64,000 bases of DNA from Hormiphora californensis (Eukaryota > Animalia > Ctenophora), in contig CM035362.1 in the NCBI GenBank assembly GCA_020137815.1, positions 2,604,001 to 2,668,000 on the forward strand, written 5' to 3'. Under the pieces are notes generated by a model. It did no database searches. It was given only the letters and a program-made list of their open reading frames with translations, and had not been told where the DNA came from. Positions 27,461 to 40,300 of this stretch are shown in pieces. The translations under genes and the position numbers were made by a program. The number at the start of each line of letters is the position of its first letter. Position 1 is the stretch's first letter.

Positions 27461-29575
27461 GGTAGAGAGAGAGAACCCTCGGCGCGTACCAAAGGCGTGT
27501 CCGGCATCTAATGGTATTGACTACAGTTGAATCACGAGGGGGAGAGGGAGTTGAGATGGGGAAAAATATCGCAAGCTAAGTCCTAGGCAAATGATGTGGA
27601 GGGCAAAAATAGAAATTTTAGAAATAGTTCATTAACTGCTCGCACTGCTAGAACAAACTGGAGAAACTTGTTGAGTTTTCAACCCCTTACTCAACAAGGA
27701 AAAACAAAAAGTCTGGCAGCGCCGACCCGATCTGAGCACAAAGATAAAATAAAAACGGGATTTGGCGCCTCCAGTCAAGTCTGGGCAGATCCTATGATAG
27801 TGCCTTGATCACTATAATACTGTCCATTATGAGCAACCAATGACCCATGACTAATATACTACTTCAGATATATCACCTAGTATAGTACTACATATATATA
27901 TATATCATCTAGTGCTATTATATCAGGGGCGACATGGTAACAGTGTGATTAGCATAATGATCATGGGGGGGGGGGGGGAATCACCCTGTCTGGTTGATCG
28001 GTCTGGCCCGGGGTATTTCGTAACATATCAGCCGCATGACGTGACCAACTAACTAACTGACTCCTGTACTAGTAATATATCTAGCCAACTAACTGTTATA
28101 GTACTGTAGTAATTTATCTAGCAAGGGGTGGGGTGTTATTATCTCGTGACACTGATTTTAGTAGTATATCACGTGTATAATGTGACGTGTAATTAGTGAT
28201 AAACGGGAGGCGTTACAACTGACATAATCTAATGATTTGGGAAACAATGCTATATTGGACTTTCTCTCAAAATGTCGCAAGATGCCACATTGGCCAATTT
28301 GATGCAGATTAGATCTACAGTGAAAGAGGGTCGGGCTAGGGCTAGGCAGTGAGGGCAGTGGGGTCCGTTGTGGGGAAGGGAAAGACAATGAGAGGAAGCT
28401 GGGGTTCACAGTGAAAGAAGGATTCAGGCAATGTTAGGGGTAACTTGGATCAGTGGCAATAGCATTAGAACCAGGAAATCCTCCAAAAGCTGGCCCTCCA
28501 GTTGTGAGGTTCCAAGTGAAATGTTTAAGGGCTCACATGCCTCTCTATGTGGGTTCCGTAGATCAGGGTAATAGTACTGTTGGGGCCGGTCCTAGTTTTG
28601 CAGGACACCCTGTACTAATATGGGACTGCAGGGGCCGGTCCTAGGTGTACAAATGGGTCACGTTAGGCTCTCTGTACAATTAGTCGACATCATAAAACAT
28701 TTAGAAAAATGGTCATAACGACTGACAGTGTAAAATCTATTAGGAGGGTAATCAATGTCTGGCCGACCTCGCTAAGATTAGGTGATCGGCGGCGCCAGAC
28801 AGGATAGTCAGGGTCTTTCTTTCTCAGTTTCCATTCTGTGTTTCTCCCCTTTATTTCTCTCATATATATATCTCGAATTATGCGGGGGAGAACTTGGTAA
28901 ATACAATGAATGCATTTTAAATTCTTCTGATGGCCGATAGTAGGAACAAAAGGAAAATTCGGAGAGACTGAGAGAGTGAGTTGTTGGGACAGAGAGAGAG
29001 AGTGATGTATAGTTTACAAGCAACTGCAGCAACCGTAAGAAAGCCCTAGATAGTGCCGACAAAAGGGCGCTCAAATCTTTACTTTCATACTTACTTCGAC
29101 GGTTTCTTCTAGACCGTTTTCATGTACACAGGTGTTAGCAAATCCGAAACTGTATAATACTAGTATGTAGTAACGTAACTTTGAGAGTTGGATGTGATGT
29201 TCGGTGCCCTAATCATAATGTTGAATCCATTCTCCTTATGTTATGGCTTTGAACTGTTGCCTTGAAATCAGAGTTAGTTAGAACGTCCTTCGCAACGATC
29301 TCCCCTTCAATCTATCTCTTTCAATCAATGCCTTCTTAGTCCTTCCCTCGAGGGGCCTCTCGATTCGTATCTCTCTCCCCTTCTCTAGAGCTCCATATCT
29401 CTAGAATCTCAATCTGGTTCTTCTCAGTCCGTCCCTCTCAATCTTTCCCCGGAGTTCACACTCTCGATCTTCCTCCTCTCTATCTCGTTATGTTTTAGAC
29501 TATCTTTTTATTCTTAAAACCCAACATGCAGAACTAGCTGCATGAGACAGTGTGAGTGAGTGAGTGTGAGTGAGT

Positions 29576-29614
<39 letters not shown>

Positions 29615-30688
29615 TGTGTGAGAGAGAGATAGGGAGATAGAGAGATAAAGAGATAGAGAGATAGAGAGAGAGGGAGAGGGAAAGATATTAAATATGTGGG
29701 TTACTTATATAATGCAGTTTATGATATACTGTGAGAAAATCATTTCTGTATGTTATACCGTTTAATTGAGCAGTGTGCTTCGTCTCTCCTGGCCCTTGCA
29801 CGTGCGAGATCGGGGGCCTGCTTGCCTTGCTTGACCCTCTTTCAGTGCCCTCCAAGTGTAAGGGAGGGTTAGAACATAACAAGGGGCCTGGCACCATTCC
29901 TCACCTATGATCTAGGACCTCAATGATAGGATCACCTCTGTTTATTGTTCAGTATCAAGTTTTAACCGTGCTCTCCATGATTTGTTGGCACACAAGACAA
30001 GACTGATCAATACCCCTTTGTTATAGTTTTGTTTACTAACACATGTCTGTTTACTAACACATACGTAGTTGTATCTAGCAAGCAGGCTAGGAGGATGTTG
30101 GTCAAAGAACTCAAGATATTCAAAGATGTACAGCAGGTGAGACTATCCATTAAATGTTTCTATTTTTATTTTTAGACCATCTTTACTTTTTAGAACATCT
30201 TTTTTGTGCAGCTACGAGACCTCACTAATTTTTCTAGACCATCGTTTTAGACGTTTGAAGCACAACTTTGATCTTCGTTCCGTTTCGTGTTTTTCCTTCG
30301 GCCATCTTCTTTCATTTTTAAAAGTACACAACGTTTACGTGGTAATTTACTGACTCTGCTTTTTCTCGGAAGCATGCTCCTCATGGCCTGGTAGCGCACG
30401 AGTAAAATAACTGAGACAGAGAGTGAGAGAGAGAAAGAAAGATAGAGATGGAGAGATAGAGGGGGAGAGAGAAAGAGAGTGAGAGTGAGAGAGAGTGAGA
30501 GACAGTGATAGACAGTGATAGAAAGAGAGAGAGAGAGATAGAGAAATTAAAAGTAAGAGTAAGAAGTAAGAGTAATAAAATGGATAGCTGGCTACTGTTT
30601 TCATCAATATATATTTTGTCGTCGTTATGCACAGTTGCGTGCATGTTTTTATACCGAATGTGCATCATATCGAAAGATCATTGGCGAC

Positions 30689-30801
<113 letters not shown>

Positions 30802-31172
30802 CCCCTCTATCTCAGTTATTTTACAAGTTCGATGGAAACCTAGTGCAGCGTGGGACGGTAAATCAGTAATTCTCGAATGGTTTAACTCTCAACTATGTTT
30901 AAGTGTTTTGGTCTGACTATGCGTGCTTCCTCCCACACTTTGTACTTTTTGTACTTTTTGTACTTGAGCATACTATAGTTGATCCCTTATTTTTTTTTCT
31001 GGCGTGGAGAGAGAGGGAGAAGGTAGAGCAACTTGTACAGGGGTTTCAACTGCAAAAATAGTTTTTTAGCAACACAATTCTCTGTCAACAAATTAAGATT
31101 TCCACCACTAAATAACAGATCACTCTCTCCAGTTACTGAATAACAGATCACTCTCCCTAGTTACCGGGATAC

Positions 31173-33128
31173 ATGTTTAAATCTGAAGTAGAGCCATGTC
31201 CAACCCCCACCACTACAAGCCCACCCGTCATCCTGCCTGTTAGGATTCTACCCACCAGACCATCGGACCCTCTTACCATCACACGGAGGAAAAACGCTCA
31301 GGTAGAGTTTTTTGTTTTTAGGAGGAAACTCAGGTAGAGTTTTCGCAAATTATCTGAAGAATATCTGCATTTTTTACAGAATTTCAGTTCATGGAACAAA
31401 GGGGGTTATAGCTGGAATCTGGATCCCTTTTTTTCTAACACTACCCCAACCCCCGTTTAGTTTGTGAGTGAGGGGTTACAACGGACACTCTCTGTGATCA
31501 CGAGTAGTCTATCATTCAGCCCAGAGGTGGTGGAGGAGCGAGTAATACCGGAGTTGCTGCCCTACCAGCACAATACTACTCAGAAACATAACAAACTGTT
31601 CACCCCTCCAACGGGTAAGATTGTTACTTTAACTAGGGAGAGAGTGTGGGTGAGATTGTTAGGGGGGTTCCCATGGTATACTTTGGTATACTTTGGCACT
31701 TTCCACAACTTTTTCAGCGATTTTCCATATACCAAAGTATACCAAAGTATACCAAAGTATACCAAAATATACCAAGGTATACCAAAGTATACCATAAAAA
31801 TTTTGAAAAATGTAAAATTTAAGCGATAAGATAAAATAATTGACTAAATTTGTAAAACTTCATCCTTATTTCGTTCTAAATTGGTAATATAAAGCTTATT
31901 AAACTGATTTTTACGTATGTTACATCACCCGGCTAGTGCTCAAGGCTGGCCACTCAGTGGCCAGGGGTTCAATTCCCGGTTGAGGCAATTTTTGAAAAAT
32001 ATTTACAGACTTTACCAAATACTGTTTGGACTTTTTCTTGACTTTTTAAAAAGTTTTTTATCGCACTCAAATGAGTCCCAATGTGTCAAACCCCAGTTTT
32101 GTGACTCATCATTTCATAGGCAAAATAAGTTTCCTCGATTCTATGAAATTAGCCAATTTAGCCTAGTTAACCTTAAGTTTATGAGTTAAGAAAGTTTATA
32201 CAAACTGTTTTAAAGCCTTAATTATTGTAAATTAACACTTTAAAGTACGTAAAGCTATTAAAAAGATATGGTATACTTTGGTATACTTTGGTACCTTCCA
32301 CATATTTTTTTGGAATTTTCCATATGCCAAAGTATACCAAAGTATACCATGGGAACCCCCCCCCCCCCCCCCCCCCCCCGATTGTTACTTTAACTAGGGA
32401 AAGAGATGGAGAGATTGTTACTTTAACTAGGGAAAGAGAGGGAGAGAACGCTCCCCTCTAACCCTCCTCTATCTTTACAGGTGTATCCCGAAACACACTA
32501 AGTAGACGGACCTCCCGATTAGGGCACCAACCCGCCACCCCTACCTCACACCTACCCTGTATTCTACGAAACTGCAAACGAACCAAGAACCACTCACACC
32601 ACATGGTAAACTTTAACCACTTGAAATTATAGTTTGTTCAACTCGAAAACTACAAACAAACTGGGACCCGACTCACTCAGCTCTAACTCCAATCTACCAC
32701 ATGCTTATCTTGCAATTCCACCTCCAGGGTTTCCAGTTGAGAGGTTCAGTGAGGGGTACCGATCACCGATGTAGGAGTCTGACCCACAGTTCCGGTACAG
32801 AGGGCGTCTCACCTGGTACCGAGGAGGAGTTCGAGGATGAGGTGTTTCTTAGTAAAATCAGCCCCTCTACTGTCGAACTTATAGGTAGGTGAGGGGGTGA
32901 GGTGTTTCTTAGTAAAATCAGCCCCTCTACTGTCGAACTTATAGGTAGGTGAGGGGGTGAGGTGTTTCTTAGTAAAATCAGCCCCTCTACTGTCGAACTT
33001 ATAGGTAGGTGAGGGGGTGGGGTGGTGAGGGTGAGGGTGAGGGTGAGGTGGGGGCATGCCTTGTGGTTCGTCTAAGAGCCTGGGCTTATAACAGTTGGGC
33101 AAGGGTTTTTTTCACAGCTGGAAGCTAA
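31173..33128 (+). CDS. Uncharacterised protein, 5 exons (low-complexity, no recognised domain)
   Basis: Phase-consistent exons 31173-31301, 31461-31614, 32481-32605, 32728-32885, 33118-33128: MFKSEVEPCPTP...FVSEGLQRTLSVI...GFQLRGSVRG...STVELIAGS*. The last exon is uncertain. Confidence 0.5.
31662..32379. mobile_element. Non-autonomous DNA transposon with poly-G/poly-C termini and 8-bp TSD
   Basis: gattgtta|ggggggttcccatggtatactttgg...ccaaagtataccatgggaaccccc(c)n|gattgtta, with subterminal (ccaaagtata)n repeats. Confidence 0.88.
32838..33018 (+). repeat. 3 x 60-bp tandem repeat spanning an exon end and splice donor
   Basis: tgaggtgtttcttagtaaaatcagcccctctactgtcgaacttatag|gtaggtgaggggg x3. 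Confidence 0.95.
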
Positions 33129-33602
33129 AGAAATAGTTCATTAATCGAGGGTCGATATATCTAATTGGAGAGTGTTTCATTTCAGTATCTAAAATGACGC
33201 ACGGTGCACAACAAGACCGATTACGGAGAAAGTTTCAAATTGACTCACGATACTGAACACGTTGTCAGAGCATTGGCCTGACAGGGAAAACCTGGAATTC
33301 TTGTAGTGAATTTTACACATGTGTTGATGCATAGAGAGCATCTAGCATAGAATGGGTCCGAGACATCGTCAGTGTGCTGTTTCTTTGGCAGGAATAATTA
33401 ATGGACCAATTAAGGAACCAATGAATGGTCATCCTAGACCAGCATTTTTTACTTTGTAACAGAACGGAAATTGTTTGGTGAAGCCCCTTTACAGCACATT
33501 CTGTATCACTGTTCTCTTTACAAATACAGCTTCGTAGATCGTTTCAATCAATTAAATTTTCACGTCATCAAACTTTAGAAATATAGCACTGGAATACGGG
33601 TA

Positions 33603-33708
33603 CAGTCGGACCACGTCCCCCGATTTACCGGGATGCTCGGGGGAAAGGGTTTTGCCCGGTAAATCGGGGTTCCGGTAAATCGGGGCCCGGTAAACCGGGG
33701 TCCGACTG
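33603..33708. mobile_element. MITE family A (short)
   Basis: TA|cagtcggacc...ggggtccgactg. Confidence 0.8.
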
Positions 33709-34569
33709 CAGTACTAGTACATGGCTGTAATGTCACACACGCTGCGGACCAGTTCGGAGAGGGCAGTCTTTTTTAAGACAGATCTCTCCCACCCCTCACT
33801 CATCCAGGTAGATCAGTTTTACACAGATTTATATCTGGCATGCATCGTGAGTCGTGAGATATCCTATAAAACCGCGATTTACATGGTTTAAACACTGAAC
33901 ATGTGCACTTTTAACCTGTTTTTGTGCACTCGCCACTCTCCTAAGATGCAGGCTGCGGTTTGAGAGCGCTACATGCTAACGTGGTTTTTATAGACACCAT
34001 GATCATTGCCTTGCTCGACCTCATCCTATTGGATGACGTGGAAAAGAAACAGGGTTTGAACAAAACATAAGGCCATGCTATGACACGCATATACTACTTT
34101 ACGACGATATATCTGACGATTGGTAAGAATTGGAAAGTCAATCTTTCAACCAAAATGTTCGCCAGACAATTCTCTAGAACACTGGTTTTTGTTAGAACTA
34201 TTTTGACCAATTTTTCGATCAGTTTTGGTTAGTTTAATGGAGCCCGGTCATGACCCAAAATCGCAGGTGATGCAAAGACAGTGGGACACCCTTTAGGTTG
34301 AAGAACACACATGTAATTGTATAGAAAGTAATAAACGAACTACAACTGTAATTTCAATACTATAACAGCGAGCGTCAACTTTGTACCAGTTTCTAGATTT
34401 ACTCCCCCCCCCCCCATAATTCACTCTACATTTCCAACCTCTTGTTCATCTTGAACAAAGATTTCCATCTTTAATCACCACTATCTGGCGGCGCCAGACC
34501 CCGTTTTGATTCTCAAAAGGTGTGCTCAGATCGGGTCGGCGCCGCCAAACAGAATCACTAAAAGTCAAT

Positions 34570-36172
34570 TTAATGGGACTTGTCCTTGGTAGTCTGGGTT
34601 GACAATGATATACTATTTGATGTTGGATGAGATTGAACCACACCTAGGGTAGATGTTATAAAACCCTGCCTACGCAGATTGAAATATGCGACTATAGCAC
34701 ATCCAATAAACAGGAACTGGCTAGGAATTACCAGCGCTGCAATGGCGTATCCTGCAGGCACTTTGAAAGTGTTATTCAGCACAGCTCTGATACCCATCAC
34801 TCCAACACGTAATGGTACTATGATTCAGCTGGGATGCGAATTCATTCCATTGGTTCAGGATTTTCATCTCATTAACCCAGTAATCCTCATCACACTCCGT
34901 CAAAACAATAAAGCACCCCCAATCGGATTCAACTGCCGCAAAGTCCCACCCACTGATTAACCCCGCTAGGGTGCCGTTATCACCTTTAGGATAGTAAGTT
35001 GTGAGAACTTCAATACATGGGTAATATGAGACACAATCCCCGGGACAGGGGCATTCCTCATGGTGAGCCGTTGTAACATCAACCGGCTCATTCGGGTTGA
35101 TATAACAGGTTCCCTTTACAAAGCTGAGGGCTGGGTAGTTGGAGCTTGCAACATAAAGTCCACAGACCATTAGACCAACTGTACAGATGATGAAGGTGGT
35201 AACAAATCGTGCTCTGATGGTACGGATCTTCTGGGTTTCATTGTTGGGATCCTGGGTTTCCTTATTTGGATCCTGGGTTTCCTTATTTAGATCCTGGGTT
35301 TCCTTGTTTGGATCCTGGGTTTCCTTGTTTGGATCCTGGGTTTCATTGTTGGGATCCTGGGTTTCATTGTTGGGATCCTGGGTTTCATTGTTGGGATCCT
35401 GGGTTTCATTGTTGGGATCCTGGGTTTCCTTATTTAGATCCTGGGTTTCATTGTTGGGATCCTGGGTTTCATTGTTTGGATCCTGGGTTTCATTGTTGGG
35501 ATCCTGGGTTTCATTGTTGGGATCCTGGGTTTCATTGTTGGGATCCTGGGTTTCATTGTTGGGATCCTGGGTTTCCTTATTTGGATCCTGGGTTTCCTTA
35601 TTTGGATCCTGGGTTTCCTTGTTGGGATCCTGGGTTTCATTGTTGGGATCCTGGGTTTCATTGTTGGGATCCTGGGTTTCCTTATTTAGATCCTGGGTTT
35701 CATTGTTGGGATCCTGGGTTTCATTGTTTGGATCCTGGGTTTCATTGTTGGGATCCTGGGTTTCATTGTTGGGATCCTGGGTTTCATTGTTGGGATCCTG
35801 GGTTTCATTGTTGGGATCCTGGGTTTCCTTATTTGGATCCTGGGTTTCCTTGTTTGGATCCTGGGTTTCATTGTTGGGATCCTGGGTTTCATTGTTGGGA
35901 TCCTGGGTTTCATTGTTGGGATCCTGGGTTTCATTGTTGGGATCCTGGGTTTCCTTATTTGGATCCTGGGTTTCATTGTTGGGATCCTAGGTTTCATTGT
36001 TGGGATCCTGGGTTTCCTTATTTGGATCCTGGGTTTCATTGTTTGGATCCTGGGTTTCCTTATTTGGATCCTGGGTTTCATTGTTGGGATCCTGGGTTTC
36101 CTTTTTGTGATCCTGGGTTTCCTTTTTGTGATCCTCCTCCGGGGATGACCCAGTTTTAGGCTCCTTGGACAT
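34570..36172 (-). pseudogene. Intronless BK-channel beta-subunit (KCNMB/CaKB)-like 2-TM protein with N-terminal (ETQDPNN/K)n repeat; in-frame TAG and +1 frameshift as assembled
   Basis: ATG at 36172, repeats, TM1 (FVTTFIICTVGLMVCGLYV), Cys-rich loop ECPCPGDCVSYYPCIEV (compare KCNMB CGxDC..SQYPCxQV), TM2 (AIAALVIPSQFLFIGCAIVAYF). TAG at 35987-35989; one extra G at about 34794. Confidence 0.6.
35230..36132. repeat. 21-bp coding minisatellite, about 43 units
   Basis: Unit ggatcctgggtttcattgttg / ggatcctgggtttccttattt. Confidence 0.97.
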
Positions 36173-36648
36173 AATCTGGTGGTCGTCTGTCAATGCTAAG
36201 AAATGCGAATAGGGTCAATGTTCTGACTTGTAGTAGTTGACCAATTTCAACGATCGTATGTAAACTGTTATATCAGTAAGATGAACACAAATAGGTAAAA
36301 ACACAGAGTCATGATGTGTCTACATGGTGGTGCATGGTGCAGTGTTATTTTATCACACATGATTAGGAAGTAACACTAAGTGTGGTACTGCCAGTATAAT
36401 AGTGCTATGGTCGACCTTTTTTTTCAAAATCTGAAATCAGACCGTCCCATCGGTATCCAGTCTCCTAAATATGTCCATGTGGAACATGCCCTATAGAGTG
36501 GGTGTATCGAAATCCCAAAATCACCCATTTATCACACCCCCCTAGTTATACTGGTATAATGTTGTCAATTAATAGTCAAGAACAATCATAGCAGTGGGCC
36601 CAAAAGGGTGGAGGGGTGTGGGGGGGCACATCGTGTGTTTAGTGATCT

Positions 36649-36719
36649 CTGTCAGAGCATTGGCCTGACCCATTCTCGTTTCTCTCGCGAGAACTGTGTT
36701 CAGAGCATTGGCCTGACAG
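36649..36719. mobile_element. Mini-element family D (71 bp)
   Basis: agtgatct|ctgtcagagcattggcctgac...cagagcattggcctgacag|agtgatcc. Confidence 0.8.
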
Positions 36720-37138
36720 AGTGATCCAGATTATGGACATTATGACATCATGCCTCATGAAAAGCTCCACTTTCAGATTTTAGTCTGAGAGAGAATTCAA
36801 CAATGTTATGAGTGATAAGAGCCCCTTTCTGCTCCCCAAAATCCAAATAATGTGATTAGAGCGGGATATTTAGGGTCCGAAACATACGTCATTCGGCCTC
36901 AAAGAGGGGAGAGGAATACTGTGTAAACTACTGTGGATGAATAACGTGGCCGTTACATTTGTCATTTCTATTCTGAATTCATCCCATCAGCTATCCCTTA
37001 CAAGTACAAATTGAGGCTTTGAATAAATCCTTTGATCGGTTAATATTGTTCTGGTTGGATTGGTATCATGCTTCCGGTAAGCTACAGGATGACGCCTGCC
37101 AAAAATATCGTTATTTTATATCTTTCCCATACACTTTC

Positions 37139-37218
<80 letters not shown>

Positions 37219-37329
37219 ACTCTCTCCATATCTCCACTACAGTCGATAACAGTCTACAAGATAAGACAGTTCATTCAACAGTCATTACCAATCGTTCCAC
37301 CTCTCTTCCTCTCCTGCAATAGATTGAGG

Positions 37330-40300
37330 ATGAGGTTGGTACAAATTAAACTGTTGTTGTGGAAAAATGCCGTGCTGATCAAACGAAAACCGGTAATTTG
37401 TTAGGATGTTGTCTTGATTGTTTGTTAAGTTCCTGAGGGCGTTCCTGATTTGTTGAATTGTTTAGATCTGCTCGTTTCATGTTTTGTAACAAAAGTCCTG
37501 ACTAAATTTACTAAACCCTAATCCCGATTCTTTCAGTGGGTAACACTCCTTCAAACAATTCTTCCGCTGGTATTATTCGTGATATTCGTAGCAGTCCGTT
37601 TCCGGCTTCCGCCCGTTAATGTCTCTGATAGTAAGTTTTACACCGGGTTTTGTATACCCTGAACCCTCTTGTTCTGTATAGGGTAGGAACCGACCGAATC
37701 AGGAAATACTGGTCCCTGATTGGCTGATAACCAGTCACGCGACCTAAATAACGAGTTTTGATTGGTTGTTTACTTGTGTCGGTCGGTTCTTGGTATAGGG
37801 CACCCTATTACTATTATTAGTGCCCCTCTTGTATCTTATCCAATTCTGTTTTTGTTCCTTACCATAGAGTTCTAACCTCCATCTCTCTTTCCCTCAGAGT
37901 TCTACTATGCCAAGCCCATGCCTAGTGCTGGGTCAGTTCCCTTTTTTCAGCACCTTCTATGTGATCCAATCAGCGGAAGACCTGAGATAAGAATGGAGCA
38001 TGTTTCACCCTACAAAACATATCCTGGAGCTGGGTGAGTTCATCATCTAGATGATATATCTCCCAACCAGGAACCGACCGAATCAGAAAATAATGGTCCC
38101 TGATTGGCTGATAACCAGTCACGTGACCTAAATAACGAGTTCTGATTGGTTGTTTACTTGTGTCGGTCGGTTCCTGGTGAGTTCATCATCTAGATGATAT
38201 ATCTCCCAATATTATCCTGTATATAGTTCAATCCTAACCACTCGGCCTCTTTACTTTTCTATCCTAACCCCTACTCCCGACCCTGAACCCTCATCGCAGC
38301 CCTCCCCTATCCTATCCTGACCCCCACACCATCATCCCTCCTCTACTCATTCCCCCTACAGGGTGTATCCAATGTTATCCCTGGTGGATAGTGTAGTTCA
38401 ACTTACAGATAGCTACACAGTTCTAACAACACTCCATACTCGCCTACTCCGGGAGACACTAAATGTAACCGATCCTGGGAACATACAGGCTGTCAAGGTA
38501 AGGGGTGTGTGTGTCACGTGATGTCCATATATGGTGTTATATGTCACGTGATAGTCAGGAACAACTCCGGGAGACACTAAATGTAACCGATCCTGGGAAC
38601 ATACAGGCTGTCAAGGTAAGGGGGGTGTGTGTCACGTGATGTCCATATATGGTGTTGTATGTCACGTGATAGTCAGGAACTACTCCGGGAGACACTAAAT
38701 GTAACCGATCCTGGGAACATACAGGCTGTCAAGGTAAGGGGTGTGTGTGTCACGTGATGCCCATATATGGTGTTATATGTCACGTGATAGTCAGGAACTA
38801 CTCCGGGAGACACTAAATGTGACAGATCCCGGAAACATACAGGCAGTCAAGGTAAGGGGTGTGTGTGGGTCACGTGATGCCCATATATGGTGTTATATGT
38901 CACGTGATAGTCAGGAACTACTCCGGGAGACACTAAATGTGACCGATCCTGGAAACATACAGGCTGTCAAGGTAAATGGGAAGTGAGAGTTCAATCAGTA
39001 TCTGTCTGGCGCCGCCGACCCCATCTGAGCGCACTGTTGAGAATCAAATGGGGTATGGGCGCCGCCATACAGATCAGTATCGCATATTTTGCCTTGCTCG
39101 ACCCTGTTTTACCGCGCTCCGGAGGAGGGTTAGAACATTAAAACAAGGCATATTATCGCTTATTGAATGAGTTTAGAGTTCGGAATTATTTCTGCAGTTT
39201 CTTAAGAACTCTTTACTTCTTCCCTTTCAGAATGGAATTGAGTCGCATCTAAACTCGGGTCTCCAACATCTCAATGATTCCTCCTCCGCTCTCCTCTCCG
39301 GAGATCCAGGCTCTTCGGTCAGCGGAATATTCGGAAACCTACTAAACCAAGAAACATCAGATCTCCTCCCTGAGTCCATCTCACTTAACAAAAAACAGAA
39401 TTTAGTGAAGGATCAGGATGTACAGAAGCGAGATTTGTCAGATTACCTGACCCCCATGTGGGGCGAGCAGATACCAAATGATGTTGTCCAGACTGAACCT
39501 GGGATACCTGAACCAACTGGTATTCCCCTTCTCGATATCGTGAGAGATCGTGGTCCTGAATTGCTTGCGGAGTAAGTTGTAACTTTTAATGAATTTAGTG
39601 CTCCTGAATTGCTTGCGGAGTAAGTTGTAACTTTTAATGTTGTAATCACTCCCAATCTCCCTCAGTCAAGAGGTGCTACAAGGTCTGGTCAGGGCAGCTC
39701 AGGGTTTACCGCTAGATAAAAAGGGTCGGGCGAAGGCTGAGAGAACGTTGGAACAGCTAACCAAGGAGTATCTCAAACAGAAATACTTGGAAAAAGTTAC
39801 TGGCAAAAAGGTACATTATCATTTGAATTCCATTTCCGAGTATAGTCTGTCAGAGCATTGGCCTGACTCATTCTCGTTTCTCTCAAATTTCTGAGCACGC
39901 GAGAACTGTGGTCAGAGCATTGGCCTGACAGAGTATAGTACCCAACTCTTCCTCCTATTCCACCCGAAAACCCACGAACTCCAACTGTTACCCTTCTCAA
40001 ACTGCAGGTTGAGATGAACGAAGAGATAAAGCACGTTCAGAAAGCGCTGTGTAGTGATCCCCTTCTAACATCTGACCCTGAGATACAATACGTCTGTGAT
40101 ATCGTACAACGCCGCAACATGTGAGTTTGCAGCCGTTATGTAGCTCATATCTGACAGCTGATCGTGATGGGACCAGATATGAGATGTAATCGATCACCTT
40201 TCATTATCTTTGATATATCGCGTGAATTAGCTGTTACCATTCTCGAGACAGTTGAGGCCTTTACCTTAATTACCTACTACTAGTTAATTCTTCATTAATA

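Noticed and set aside
31930-31990. Functional tRNA gene
   Set aside because: Only a B-box-like arm is visible; no complete cloverleaf.
35187-36159. Plus-strand ORFs (LGSWVSL)n and (DPGFHCW)n, and minus-strand (KPRIPTM)n
   Set aside because: They are shadow frames of the 21-bp repeat; only the ETQDPNN frame connects to non-repetitive coding sequence.
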